From Octopus bimaculoides (lineage: Eukaryota), in contig NC_068983.1 of assembly GCF_001194135.2 (NCBI RefSeq), positions 162,885,912 through 162,949,911 of the forward strand: a DNA stretch of 64,000 nt, read 5' to 3'. The translations under genes and the position numbers were made by a program. The notes below the pieces were generated by a model that saw only the letters and a list, made by a program, of their open reading frames with translations, had not been told where the DNA came from and did not search any database. The number at the start of each line of letters is the position of its first letter. Position 1 is the first letter of the stretch. Positions 52,085 to 64,000 of the stretch are shown here, one piece after another.

Positions 52085-52429
52085 TTCTTTTACTTGTTTC
52101 AGTCATTTGACTGCGGCCATGCTGGGGCACCGCCTTTAGTCGAATTAAATCGACCCCAGGACTTATTCTTTGTAAGCCTAGTACTTATTCTATCGGTCTC
52201 TTTTTGCCGAACCGCTAAGTTACGGGGACCTAAGCACACCGGGTGACAAACACAGATACACAACATATACACACATACATATATATATACATATATACGA
52301 CAGGCTTCTTTCAGTTTCCGTCTACTAAATCCACTCACAAGGCTTTGGTCGGCCCGAGGCTATAGTAGAAGACACTTGCCCAAGGTGCCACGCAGTGGGA
52401 CTGAACCCGGAACCATGTGGTTCGTAAGC
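52085..52429 (-). mobile_element. SINE family B with 3' module, young
   Basis: Near-consensus aaatccactcacaaggctttggtcggcccgaggctatagtagaagacacttgcccaaggtgcc. Confidence 0.9.
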
Positions 52430-53657
52430 NNNNNNNNNNNNNNNNNNNNNNNNNNNNNNNNNNNNNNNNNNNNNNNNNNNNNNNNNNNNNNNNNNNNNNN
52501 NNNNNNNNNNNNNNNNNNNNNNNNNNNNNNNNNNNNNNNNNNNNNNNNNNNNNNNNNNNNNNNNNNNNNNNNNNNNNNNNNNNNNNNNNNNNNNNNNNNN
52601 NNNNNNNNNNNNNNNNNNNNNNNNNNNNNNNNNNNNNNNNNNNNNNNNNNNNNNNNNNNNNNNNNNNNNNNNNNNNNNNNNNNNNNNNNNNNNNNNNNNN
52701 NNNNNNNNNNNNNNNNNNNNNNNNNNNNNNNNNNNNNNNNNNNNNNNNNNNNNNNNNNNNNNNNNNNNNNNNNNNNNNNNNNNNNNNNNNNNNNNNNNNN
52801 NNNNNNNNNNNNNNNNNNNNNNNNNNNNNNNNNNNNNNNNNNNNNNNNNNNNNNNNNNNNNNNNNNNNNNNNNNNNNNNNNNNNNNNNNNNNNNNNNNNN
52901 NNNNNNNNNNNNNNNNNNNNNNNNNNNNNNNNNNNNNNNNNNNNNNNNNNNNNNNNNNNNNNNNNNNNNNNNNNNNNAATCCGGAAATAGTTGCTGCAGC
53001 AAAGGTTGAGATAGCAGAGGTGAATATATGCCATATTGTGTCCGAGGTATTTTGCTGGTGTTCACTTGAAGGATGCCCAGGTCAAGTGAGAAAAGTGCCT
53101 AGGGTAAGTAGGTCAAGTCTTGAAGACAGAGTGGGAAGGGGATAGAGGAAAGATTCAGGTGGAGAATGGTAGTAGTATATTTTTATGGTCAGTTGATCTG
53201 ACTGGATAGAGAGGATGAGTATAGTGAGGGAAAGAGGGAGGGGGGGATGAGGTCAAATGGTTTAGTGAGGAGAAAGGAATGCGCAGAGGTAGTATAAAGG
53301 TGGTGGGGGTATGGGTGACAAACCAAGAACAGTAATAAAGGGAGAGAGGATTGGGATAGGTAGTTAGTAGTATCATATTCTAAAAGATAGCTAAACCTAT
53401 TTATAGACGGTGGAATTGGGATTGAAAAAACTAGTCGGTATNNNNNNNNNNNNNNNNNNNNNNNNNNNNNNNNNNNNNNNNNNNNNNNNNNNNNNNNNNN
53501 NNNNNNNNNNNNNNNNNNNNNNNNNNNNNNNNNNNNNNNNNNNNNNNNNNNNNNNNNNNNNNNNNNNNNNNNNNNNNNNNNNNNNNNNNNNNNNNNNNNN
53601 NNNNNNNNNNNNNNNNNNNNNNNNNNNNNNNNNNNNNTATATATATATATATTGATT

Positions 53658-53690
<33 letters not shown>

Positions 53691-53691
53691 A

Positions 53692-53732
<41 letters not shown>

Positions 53733-55039
53733 CTGGATTACAAGATTCTTTATGTGAATTCGTGTATTCAAAACAAATTGTGTGTCATATTGCCGTTCAG
53801 TTTCCACTACTTTATTGAAATTTTCTCTTCTTTGTGCCTTCCAAAATTTTCGTTGCTTCCGCAACTTTGTCAGTGGATGTTGCCATCTATTGACAAAGTT
53901 ATAAATAATAAATGAGTGGAAATTGAACAGGTGAGTGTGTTAGATATTAAGGCAATATGACTCTCCCCAGATTTAATTATATATATATATATATATATGC
54001 GCGCGCGTGTGTGTATGTATGTATGCGTGTATTTACATGTGTGCATGTGTTTATGCATGCATGTATGTATGTATGTATGTATGTGTGTATATATATATTT
54101 AGACACACACACACGTATATATGTGGGTATGTGTATGTGTATCCCTGTACGTTTAATGGTTATAGTTAATGTTTTATTTTAGTGCTGTGGGCGGCTTATA
54201 TTTTTTTAATAATCTTCATTTGATGTCAATAAAGTTACAACAATTTGCTAACGTAACAAACTGTTTTATTCCGATATTTTTGTCACTAAACACAGAACAA
54301 ACATAGATGTTGAGTCTATAATTCTTTTCATTGTAATGTTTATAACCGATGCGTCAAATTGTCTAATATTTTAAATGTTAATTATTGCCAATTTTTATTA
54401 ATTATTTTGCCTGTTCATAGCTTCCGAGAAACACATGTGAGCGCTTCTTCGAACGAATAGAAAATCGTTCGAATGAGAGTTTTCACAAATGTACACACAT
54501 ACACAGTTATGCATAGAGCCTGCTGCTCCATCATCCATTAATTATAGTGTAAATTGCTATATTAGTAACTAAGGAATTCGTTAAATGGTTAATTCACCTT
54601 TAACTGTCATAAAGATTTTACAATATACTTGTAGTATTCTTTCTGGTTAAATGCTATTCGTAATGCTTAAACCCATTTTTAATCCTTTGTCCATTATCCT
54701 AATTTTCATTGAAAATCGATTCCAATGTGGTATCTGAGAGTTCTAAATAACGACATTCTAAATTTATGCTTAAATGCCATTCTTTCTGCTCAATCAATTG
54801 GAATATATAGCTTTGTGGAAGAATTAATCTTGGAAATATGCAGAACAATGTGTCCATTAGTATGAAGTTAGGACAATGTGACAGTTGGAAACGGGGGGGG
54901 GGGATAATGTATAAAAGGTGGTCAATGGGGGTGGGGGATATGTTTGTTGAATACTGATGAGGGACCAATTTCCATTTTGTAAAGGTAGAGTTTAGTTGTA
55001 AGTAGGAGTTGGTGAGAGGTGGAATATAGTGTCAGGAAT

Positions 55040-55265
55040 CTTTTGTTTTGTTTCAATCATTAGACTGTGGCCATGCTGGGGCAGCGCCTTCAAGAATTTT
55101 TAGTCGAATTCCTCGACCCTAGTTCTTGTGTTTTTGTAAAGCCTCGTACTAAATCTATCCTTCTTTTAGTTTCTGCCGACCAAATCCACTGAGAAGCTAT
55201 AGTAGAAGGCACTTACTCAAGGTGCCACGCATCGTGAATGAACTCCTTAACACACAGCCACGCCT
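55040..55265 (-). mobile_element. SINE family B, internally deleted
   Basis: Reverse family B motifs. Confidence 0.75.
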
Positions 55266-55807
55266 AATGCCCAGTATTGTACACGGAACATATTACCAGT
55301 AAAAAAGAAAGAGAAATAGGGAGAGAGAAAAAAACAGAGGTGGGGAGATTTGCTGATGAGTTTAGAATGGGTAGGAACTGTCATTTTTAAAATCCTTTTA
55401 TTTAAGAATAACAAATAACAATTGAACAGAGGCTTTAAATAAAAATACATTCTCAGGCGTGTATGGACATGTTATTGCATTTATCAGGGAGAACGAATGG
55501 GTAATTTGAACGGCATGGATATAATTACGGCTTCAGTCATTGAGATTTCTCTAGCTTCAAACATACAATACAATATATACATAGAGGCATGTATGTATAT
55601 ATATATGTATGAATGTATGTATGTTCTCACTCAAGCAATATGTAATGTAAATTTAGATTCATTTCTTTCTGTATCATACGTTTAGCATCAACAGTAGTCG
55701 ATGCTAGTATTCGGTTTGCACTCGTCGTATTCGTTTCATTACCTACCTACCTACCTACCTACCTACCTACCTACCTACCTACCTACCTACCTGCCTACCT
55801 ACCACTG

Positions 55808-55860
<53 letters not shown>

Positions 55861-56639
55861 GTCTGTCTGTCTGTCTGTCTCCTCCTCCCCCTCTCTCTCC
55901 CTCTATCTATCTATTTACTTCCTTTTCCCTCTCTTGCTTTTTCTGTCTCTATATCTATCAATGAAATATATGCCCACGTTTTTATATAATTCCCACATTC
56001 AGAGACCACCTCCATCATAAATGCAATCATCCACAATTCCATCCACCTTTGTAATAATAAAGGCAAAACACAGAAATGAAATCGTCGACAAAAAAGGTAG
56101 AGGACGTCACCATAAATTACGCTGTAAAAAATTTGTGCAGTAAACGGAAATATTTATATATGCTTTGATATGGTAAAATACTTCAATCGTTTGTTGGCAA
56201 CTGCGACCATAGAAAATATCAAAAGATCAAATATTTTAACACGGTGTACCGTGAAAATTACATTGAATGCATAGAAAATATAATATTATGGAAGTTACTT
56301 TTATAAATTTAAAATTTAATTGATGTTCAAAAATTTTACTGATTGTCAGAAAGAGAAAGAAGATAGAGAGATGTCTAAACTTCTTAGCTATTAAATGTGA
56401 TGAATGGATGCTTAAACATTGACAGGCGGAGCTCTGTAACATTTTACGATTTACAATTGTTAGCGTTTTTCTTTGCTTACGTCATCGAAAACACTAAGCG
56501 AAAAACAAACATAAAAAAACCCCCACCCAACATCACAGCATCTCCGCTCTTCTGTGGATATATGATAGAAAAATTTCTCTGAAAGATGCTCAAAACTGTA
56601 ACGGAGAAATTACATGTTCAGACTTCTATGAATTCCTCA

Positions 56640-56804
56640 ACAGCCGAAGGTGTGGTTATGTGACAAGATGTTTGTTTGCAAATCACATGTTTCAGGGTTC
56701 AGTCCTAGTGCGTGGAACTTTGGGCAAGTGTCATCTACTATAACGTCGGGTTGACCAAAGCCTTGTGGGTAGATTTGGTAGACAGATACTAAAAAGAAAC
56801 CCTT

Positions 56805-56810
<6 letters not shown>
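56640..56810 (+). mobile_element. SINE family B
   Basis: Family B head and core followed by (TA)n. Confidence 0.8.
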
Positions 56811-56852
<42 letters not shown>

Positions 56853-56939
56853 AAATTGAAAATGACACTGACATCTCATTTTAACTGATGTATTTGCCAA
56901 AATTGCATATAAAATATTTTGAAATGATAAAGAGTAAAT

Positions 56940-58035
56940 TTATTCAATAAAACCGCCATTGGCGTCAGCCATGGCTCCCAGACGACTTCGGAATCTCCTG
57001 CAACTCTTCTGGATGGTCTCCTTGTTTAAATTGGTGAATTCTGTCATAATCCTTGCCTTCAGTTTATCTTTGGTGTTACAAGGAGTTTTGTTGGTCTCTC
57101 TCTCAACTGCACTTCACACATAATAACCAAGGGGGCGGGGGTGCAGTCTGAGGAGTTAGGTGGCCAGATGTTAGGGGTGATGTGGTGGCAGAAATTGTTT
57201 GACAGCCATTTTTTTACTGGGTTCTCTTACTTGAGTGACATGGTGCAGAGTCCTGTTGCTAGACATAGGGTCTTCCAGTAGTCACCCTCTTGACCCAGAG
57301 CAGCACTACATCCTCCAAGCACTTGTAGGCCTCCGTGTTGTGTCTGCGGCCGTGTGGGAAGATGAACGGAGGCATAACATTGCCATTACTAGTGATCCCA
57401 CTCCAAACACCATGATGTTGACTGGCTGTTTGATTTTTATCACTCTTGGTACATATTTTGGGGATATGACAAGTCAACGGTTGTTCTGTGTGTTCACTAT
57501 TTGATCCTGGCAGAAATTTTTGTCGTCTGAGAAAAACCAAAGCATGTTCGGATGGAGGGGATGTTTGAGTTTAGTCAAAAGCTTTGCAGTGCGGTCTTTC
57601 CTCTTGTCTTTGATGGCTTGGGAAAAAAAATTGGTCCTTTCTCATGTTGTATGAGGAATATTGAATGTCTTCATGCACTACCTGCCTGATAAGAAACTCA
57701 GACACTCCCTTGTCCCTGGCGATAGACCTGATTGACTTGGAGGGATTGTTGTCAATCACCACCTGGATCTCACCAACAAATTCAGGAAATCTCTTCTTAT
57801 CAGAACGATCAGAGTGTTTTCGAGCTGCCATACTTTGGTAATGACCATTTGACTCACCCAACTCTTTCCAAATCCTTTGCACTGTCCTCAGATTGACACC
57901 CAAACATTCTGAAATGTTCGTATTGGAACTTCCGGCACAAATGCCAAGCAGTATAGCATGTCGTTTCCAAATTTCTGGCAGAGTGAATTATATCAAAGTG
58001 CTGTTTTTTTTTCACAGACGGTGCCCAACTGATCT
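56940..58035 (-). mobile_element. maT/DD37D-like Tc1-mariner element, nearly full-length transposase pseudogene
   Basis: HTH region GVNLRTVQRIWKEL...SIRSIA, then VMPPFIFPHG, GRPYV.QQDSAPCH and WPPNSSDC. Reconstruction across a frameshift gives 37 residues to the expected third D, which is mutated here. Confidence 0.85.
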
Positions 58036-58717
58036 TACTGTATTGTGTACTCAACAAAATCAAAAACATTGTGTATGCGCGAAATTAAAAATATAAAATG
58101 GCAACAATTTACTTATCGCACCATATATATACATATATGTATGTGTGTGTGTGCGTGTGAGTGTATGTGTGCGCGTGTATGTGTGCTTGACAACCGGTGT
58201 TGGTATGTTCACGTCAGCATAACTTAGCGTTTCGGCAAAACACTCAATAAAACAAACAACAGGCTTGACGAAAAGAAAAAGTAATAGCTCCTAGGGTCAA
58301 ATCGTTCCACAAAAAATTTTCAAGGCATTGCCGCAGCCTAATGACTGAGACAAAAGGTAAAAAGGTATTATCTTCCTGTCGATCACCCTCTGGTTTACCT
58401 TCGATTGGTCTTTCTACGTTTGATTTGTTGAAATAAATCGATCACTGTCAATTTAGGGTTAATATTGATTCCAGTGACATTACACACTCATTGATTGTCG
58501 CCCATTTACTTGCGAGGCGGGGAAAGTCGATATTTCGACGGCTAAAAATTGTAACACTTGAATTACTCTCAAAGGTTTGGGCTGTAACTTTTCTTTGATG
58601 TTTTTTTTTGTTTTTAACGTTCATTTGCTGGAGATTATTATTGATTGTTGCTGTCATCATCATCATCATCATCATCATTCATCATCATCATCATCATCAT
58701 CATCAGAATAGAAAGGC

Positions 58718-58920
58718 AAGGTGAGCTGGCAGAATCGTTAGCACGGTGGACGAAAAGGCTTAGCGGTATTACGCCCGTCGCTACGTTCAAATTCGACTTT
58801 GCCTTTCATACTTTCGGGGTCGATAAATTAAGCACCAGTGAAATACTGAGGTCGTTGTAGTCGACTTGCCTCCTCCTACTCCAAAACTTAAGACCTTGTG
58901 CCTATAGCAGAAAGGTTTAT
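58718..58920 (+). mobile_element. SINE family A
   Basis: ggtgagctggcagaatcgttagcacgg... head and core. Confidence 0.85.
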
Positions 58921-58939
58921 TATCATTATTATTATTGAG

Positions 58940-59470
58940 TGAGAGAGCAGTGCATGCCATCAAGGTAACACTGGAGTAAAATATGCGAAGCCCATTATAC
59001 CCATCATGACTACCTGTCTGATAAGAGTACACCAGGCACATGCATCACAACCATATGTGCACAACATGGTGATCGCATATCAAGACAAACAGTGCATTAC
59101 CTTGCAGGTGGGGCCCAGTTAGAATCTTTTTCAGATTTAGTAGCCCATCCCACCCAAAAAGTCCCTGAATAAGGGTTGTATAAGGATGTTGAATGAGACA
59201 CCCATGTTTCCAGAGGTGAATTATTCAAATTCCAAAGAATTCCTCTCAACACATGGCTATGATGCTCCCCCACTACTTCTGCTCGTGATCAGAGATGCAT
59301 ATATCATCAGCCACCAAAGGACATGCTCATCTGGTTATGCTGAAGCAACGGACATGCAAATCTGTGGTATTGAGCAGAATATTTGCTGTAGTCCATCTTT
59401 TATACCAAGACAAAACAATGTACATGAGGACAGTTCCAATCAGTTAAGATCAGAAACCATAACTAGGATA
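58940..59470. repeat. Interspersed repeat recalled as common in octopus assemblies (class unknown)
   Basis: gagagagcagtgcatgccatcaa...tcagttaagatcagaa; recognised from memory only, with no second copy in the window. Confidence 0.4.
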
Positions 59471-59904
59471 TGATTGATAAACACACTTCACCATACATTC
59501 CCTTAAGTCTCATAACAGTGGAGAATACTTCCAAGAAAGTCTGGTGATATTGTGTCATTTTTGTATTTGGTTTGCAAGATACTTGATGTGAATTCGTGTG
59601 TTGAAACAATTCTTGTCTCTTGGGAGTCATAACGTGGAATTGAACCTGTGCATGTGTTGTAGGCGTAATGACTTTTCCAAGATACCAAAAAAAAAAAAAA
59701 ATGGCAACATTACCTACGGAGGAGAGGCCTTTGTCGAGAGGAAATTCTAATTATGATCGTTTTTGCTGAGTCTACAGAAGACTTCTTTGAAGACGCTCAA
59801 AGTTGTCTCGTTATGATCGCTTTAAAAATGAGTATTTGTATTTTGGTAGAAAAATAAAATTATTTAGGCAATCCACTAAGATTACACTGCCAATCCACTA
59901 CCTT

Positions 59905-59967
<63 letters not shown>

Positions 59968-60122
59968 CCTTTCTCTTACAGGCACAAGGCCTGAAATCTG
60001 GTGGTAGTGGGTTAGTCGATTATTTAGGCAAGGCAATAACAACACTGAAACTAATTTTATCATAATTTCAGAAATGTAAATGAAAAGGGTTATTGTTACA
60101 ATATAAATCACAAGGAGAGAGG

Positions 60123-60180
<58 letters not shown>

Positions 60181-60459
60181 CTTTAGTATTATACTTCTGT
60201 AACTATTTTCTCCGTCTCAAATGAAATGGAACTAAAGTTTAGAAGCTATGAAATTTTACGATAATAAAAAAGAAATATGCGCGTGATCGTTAAATTCTAT
60301 TAAGTCCCACATTTTACGTTTCTGGTGTTTTAGTAACTATTGCTCTTCCGGCTAACTGGTTAATTGATGTTAATTGGTACCATACACAACTACTGAGAAT
60401 GGTTTTATTAGATATTTTGGAAGCAAGAATCTACACAAATAATATACATAAACAGCGCA

Positions 60460-60700
60460 AGCGTGACTGTGTAGTAAGAAGTTTGCTTCTCAACCACATG
60501 GTTTCGGGTTCAGTCCCACTGCATAGCACTTTGGGGAAGTGTTTTTCTACTATAGTCTCAGGCCGACCAAAGCCTTATCTGTGGATTTGGTAGACGGAAA
60601 CTGAAAGAAGCCCGTCATATATATGAATAAAAATTCTTGAAGGCGGTGCCCCAGCATGGCCGCAATCTAATGACTGAAACAAGTAAAAGATGAAAGATAA
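60460..60700 (+). mobile_element. SINE family B with 3' module
   Basis: Family B head, core and ggcggtgccccagcatggccgca. Confidence 0.85.
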
Positions 60701-61884
60701 CTCACATACTCTTACGCAACCAATGTGGAGTCCTCTAAGCAGTCACATGTCCTGCTGGAATTAGCAACAAAACAGCTTTCTTGCGGTAGGTGCGCGAAAG
60801 CAACATTGCAAATCAACAAAAATTTCGATCACTTCAAATATGTTTGGGGTTCATTTGATCTGTACAAAAGTGGTATTCAATGCAAATTTTCGGTGGATGT
60901 TATTTTCCAACGCTTATTGCCTAAAGCGAGAAAAGATCTCCACACATCAAATCCAATGGTAATTACGGCTTTTGTACAAATCAAACATGTCGCAAACACA
61001 TTTGAATTTATCTAAACGTTTGAAATAAATCAATCTCTTGGATAATGTAGCAATCAGATGTTGATTTGTTTACCCTTGAGGGGCATACTGGCTAAAGGTA
61101 AATAAAGCTTTGGTGGGAGAGTCTATACGAATTCAATCAGTATATGAAAAACAACACAAACGCCAAAAAGATTTACTTCAAATCTTAATAACGAGAGTGT
61201 GAAGTTCCAGAAACATCGGATATAGATTTGGGAAATCTACAGTTTTAAACCAACTGTAAAAGGTAATAAGAAAATATAAATAAGTATGTAATATATATAA
61301 AAAAATACAAAACTTGATTATAGTCGTGTATTTAATGAAACATGTCTGAAAGAAAATTTGTTCTCCATATGTACGAATATATATATTTGTTTGTTTGTTT
61401 ATGTGTTTGTGTGTATGCGCGCGCGTGTTTGTGTGTATACACATATATGTATGCATGTATATTCTTAGAACTACTAACAAAACTTCTTTGGTTGACGAAA
61501 TAAATATATGCAGGAATTGTTTAAGATTTTCTTTAATGATTTCTATTCCGAATCCCATATTCTTATTGTTATACGTCAAAGTGAAATTTTGGTGAAATAT
61601 TTCTCTCAAGTTTACTGCTATTCACTAATAACTAACAGTTCGATATAGTATTTTGTGATCTGATTGATCTCATACAATGATTGATGGGTCTTCTAGCAGT
61701 AACAGTTGCATATAATAGTTTCTTGTATATGATGTATTTCTGTGAATATTGAACTTCTGTCAATAAATTACTTCACACCTAACAGATTTTGTCGCCCAAC
61801 TTTTGAAATGTTTGTCGACTAAAATATATTTACTGTAATAAAGATGTCAATTTAAATGTTATGTAATCGATAAAAATATATAGA

Positions 61885-61925
<41 letters not shown>

Positions 61926-62432
61926 AAGAGAAAGAGAGAGAGAGCGAGGAAGTGGCAGCTAAAACAAAAAGGTTGTTTAAGTTTTATAGTTTTAATCAAT
62001 TTTGTGATACTGTAGCTTCTAGCATCAGTAGGATTATTGTTGATATCGATTCTGTCTTAGATGAGAAACGCTGCAAAATGAACGGATCATAGCTGCCGCC
62101 GTGACAGAAAACACGTGCACACACACACACACACACACACAAATATGACACACGTACAGATATACAGATATTTCATATTTAATGCATACGGTCGTGGACA
62201 TACACGCCTGCTAATGTGCATCTAACGCTAAACCAGAAGATAATGGTGTTACACACGCATGCGCGTACACACACACAAACATACACGCATGCCAACACCC
62301 ATACACGTACACAGACACGGGTACGCGCACGTATGTATATTTAAAAATATGCTTCTCGATATATTACAATAATTTCATTGCGGCAAAATTCACATAAATA
62401 TAAGCATACTTACTTTTATAAGTGTATGTATG

Positions 62433-62485
<53 letters not shown>

Positions 62486-62847
62486 NNNNNNNNNNNNNNN
62501 NNNNNNNNNNNNNNNNNNNNNNNNNNNNNNNNNNNNNNNNNNNNNNNNNNNNNNNNNNNNNNNNNNNNNNNNNNNNNNNNNNNNNNNNNNNNNNNNNNNN
62601 NNNNNNNNNNNNNNNNNNNNNNNNNNNNNNNNNNNNNNNNNNNNNNNNNNNNNNNNNNNNNNNNNNNNNNNNNNNNNNNNNNNNNNNNNNNNNNNNNNNN
62701 NNNNNNNNNNNNNNNNNNNNNNNNNNNNNNNNNNNNNNNNNNNNNNNNNNNNNNNNNNNNNNNNNNNNNNNNNNNNNNNNNNNNNNNNNNNNNNNNNNNN
62801 NNNNNNNNNNNNNNNNNNNNNNNNNNNNNNNNNNATATATGAATACA

Positions 62848-62878
<31 letters not shown>

Positions 62879-62929
62879 GAATACATATTTATACTATACA
62901 TATACAAATGCAAAGCATTTTCCCCGACA

Positions 62930-63170
62930 AGACAAATGTGTTTAGAAGAGCAACTCACCAATAAGTTAGATAGATCTCAGAATGTAGTGCACTTCATTAC
63001 GCGTTGCCTGTCCCTATACAGCAGTGCAGTCCATCATTGCCACCTAGAACCCACAGCACTTTCGAAGCATATTTGGAAATGTAGAGACAAAGGAGAAATC
63101 CCTGAATCTCCTACGCAGCGATCTCTGATTTTCAGTGAAGTTTAACGATATCCTACTCCAATATGTAAAG
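62930..63170 (+). mobile_element. Possible Penelope GIY-YIG remnant
   Basis: PTALSKHIWKCRDKGEIP resembles PLE TALSKYIW.LK. Confidence 0.4.
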
Positions 63171-63429
63171 AAGCGAGCTTATTTCCACTTACCGATAATG
63201 AGCCAACCTGTGATCGAAAGTATTCCAAGTCATGACCATCCTGTCTTTTATTTAGTCATGTGTCCTTCCTGCTGTAAAGCAGTACAAGGTCTGGTCAAAG
63301 AGTATTGGGGCTGTTGCAATGGTAACGCAGCTATTGCACGCAAATCGAAACCGCTTGATCTTGAAATCTGCCGCATATGCACACTAGGTTATATGTTCTC
63401 GCTCACTTCCGTTGTTTAGAGCAGCGCTT

Positions 63430-63580
63430 CGAAGTAAAGTGTGTAGAGTGTGGTCGTTTCAAAAAGAAGATCAGGCTCGGTTGCGTAGGATCTCATTGAT
63501 TGTGCCGAGGAAGACGAAAACGTTTTGAAAGCGGTCATAATAGGTGAGGAATCGTGGGTCAATGGCTATGACCTCAAATG
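63430..63580 (+). mobile_element. mariner transposase fragment
   Basis: EEDENVLKAVIIGEESWVNGYD resembles mariner FL..IITGDE.WV..YD. Confidence 0.55.
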
Positions 63581-63609
63581 ACTCCGAAATCAAGGTTTGA
63601 ATGGAATCA

Positions 63610-64000
63610 TTTTGGGGAAGGCTAGTCAATTAGATCGACCCCAGTACGCAATTGGTACTTAATTTATCGACCCCGAAAGGATGAAAAGCAAAGTTGACCT
63701 CGGCGGAATTTGAACTCAGGATGTAAAGACAGTCGAAATACCGCTAAACATTTTACCAGGCGTGCTAACGATTCTCTTGTACTCTAGGCACAAAGCCAGA
63801 AATGTTGGGGGAGGGGGCCAGTTGATTAGTTCGACTCTAGTACGCAACTGGTACTTAATAATTTATCGATTCCGAAAGGTTGAAAGGCAAAGTGGACCTC
63901 GGCGGAATTTGAACTCAGAACGTAAAGAGAGACGAAATACCACTAAGCATTTCACCCAGCGTGTTGACCTTTCTCATTTCTTTATTGCCCACAGGGGGCT
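63610..64000 (-). mobile_element. Tandem family A SINEs
   Basis: Two reverse copies plus the start of a long-tail copy. Confidence 0.9.

Noticed and set aside
61940-62110. Promoter of the minus-strand gene (GGAAGT and CACGTG motifs)
   Set aside because: Such short motifs are expected by chance, and there is no first-exon evidence.

Overview
Eukaryotic, AT-rich, microsatellite-dense draft scaffold with 11 N-gaps. The tRNA-derived SINE families and (TA)n/(CA)n/(AAT)n density point to an octopus genome; this is inferred from recognised repeat families, not from a search. Most of the window is decayed mobile DNA: three SINE families (about 40 copies), Penelope GIY-YIG remnants, R4/Dong-like and other LINE fragments, mariner, maT and hAT-like transposase fossils, and several MITEs. 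Nearly all long ORFs in the supplied track are microsatellite or gap artefacts. By reading splice sites on the minus strand I found a chain of short exons that the ORF track misses (22000 down to 1543, with further candidates up to about 29.4 kb). They splice mostly in frame into a Cys/aromatic-rich protein I cannot identify, and one linking exon is missing. I see no clearly new multi-gene system. The best leads are this unidentified gene, its dual-open reading frames, fold-back hairpins close to its splice donors (including an 83-nt pre-miRNA-like hairpin), a decayed Sushi/HYR-like coding fossil, and LINE fragments clustered at (TAA)n repeats.
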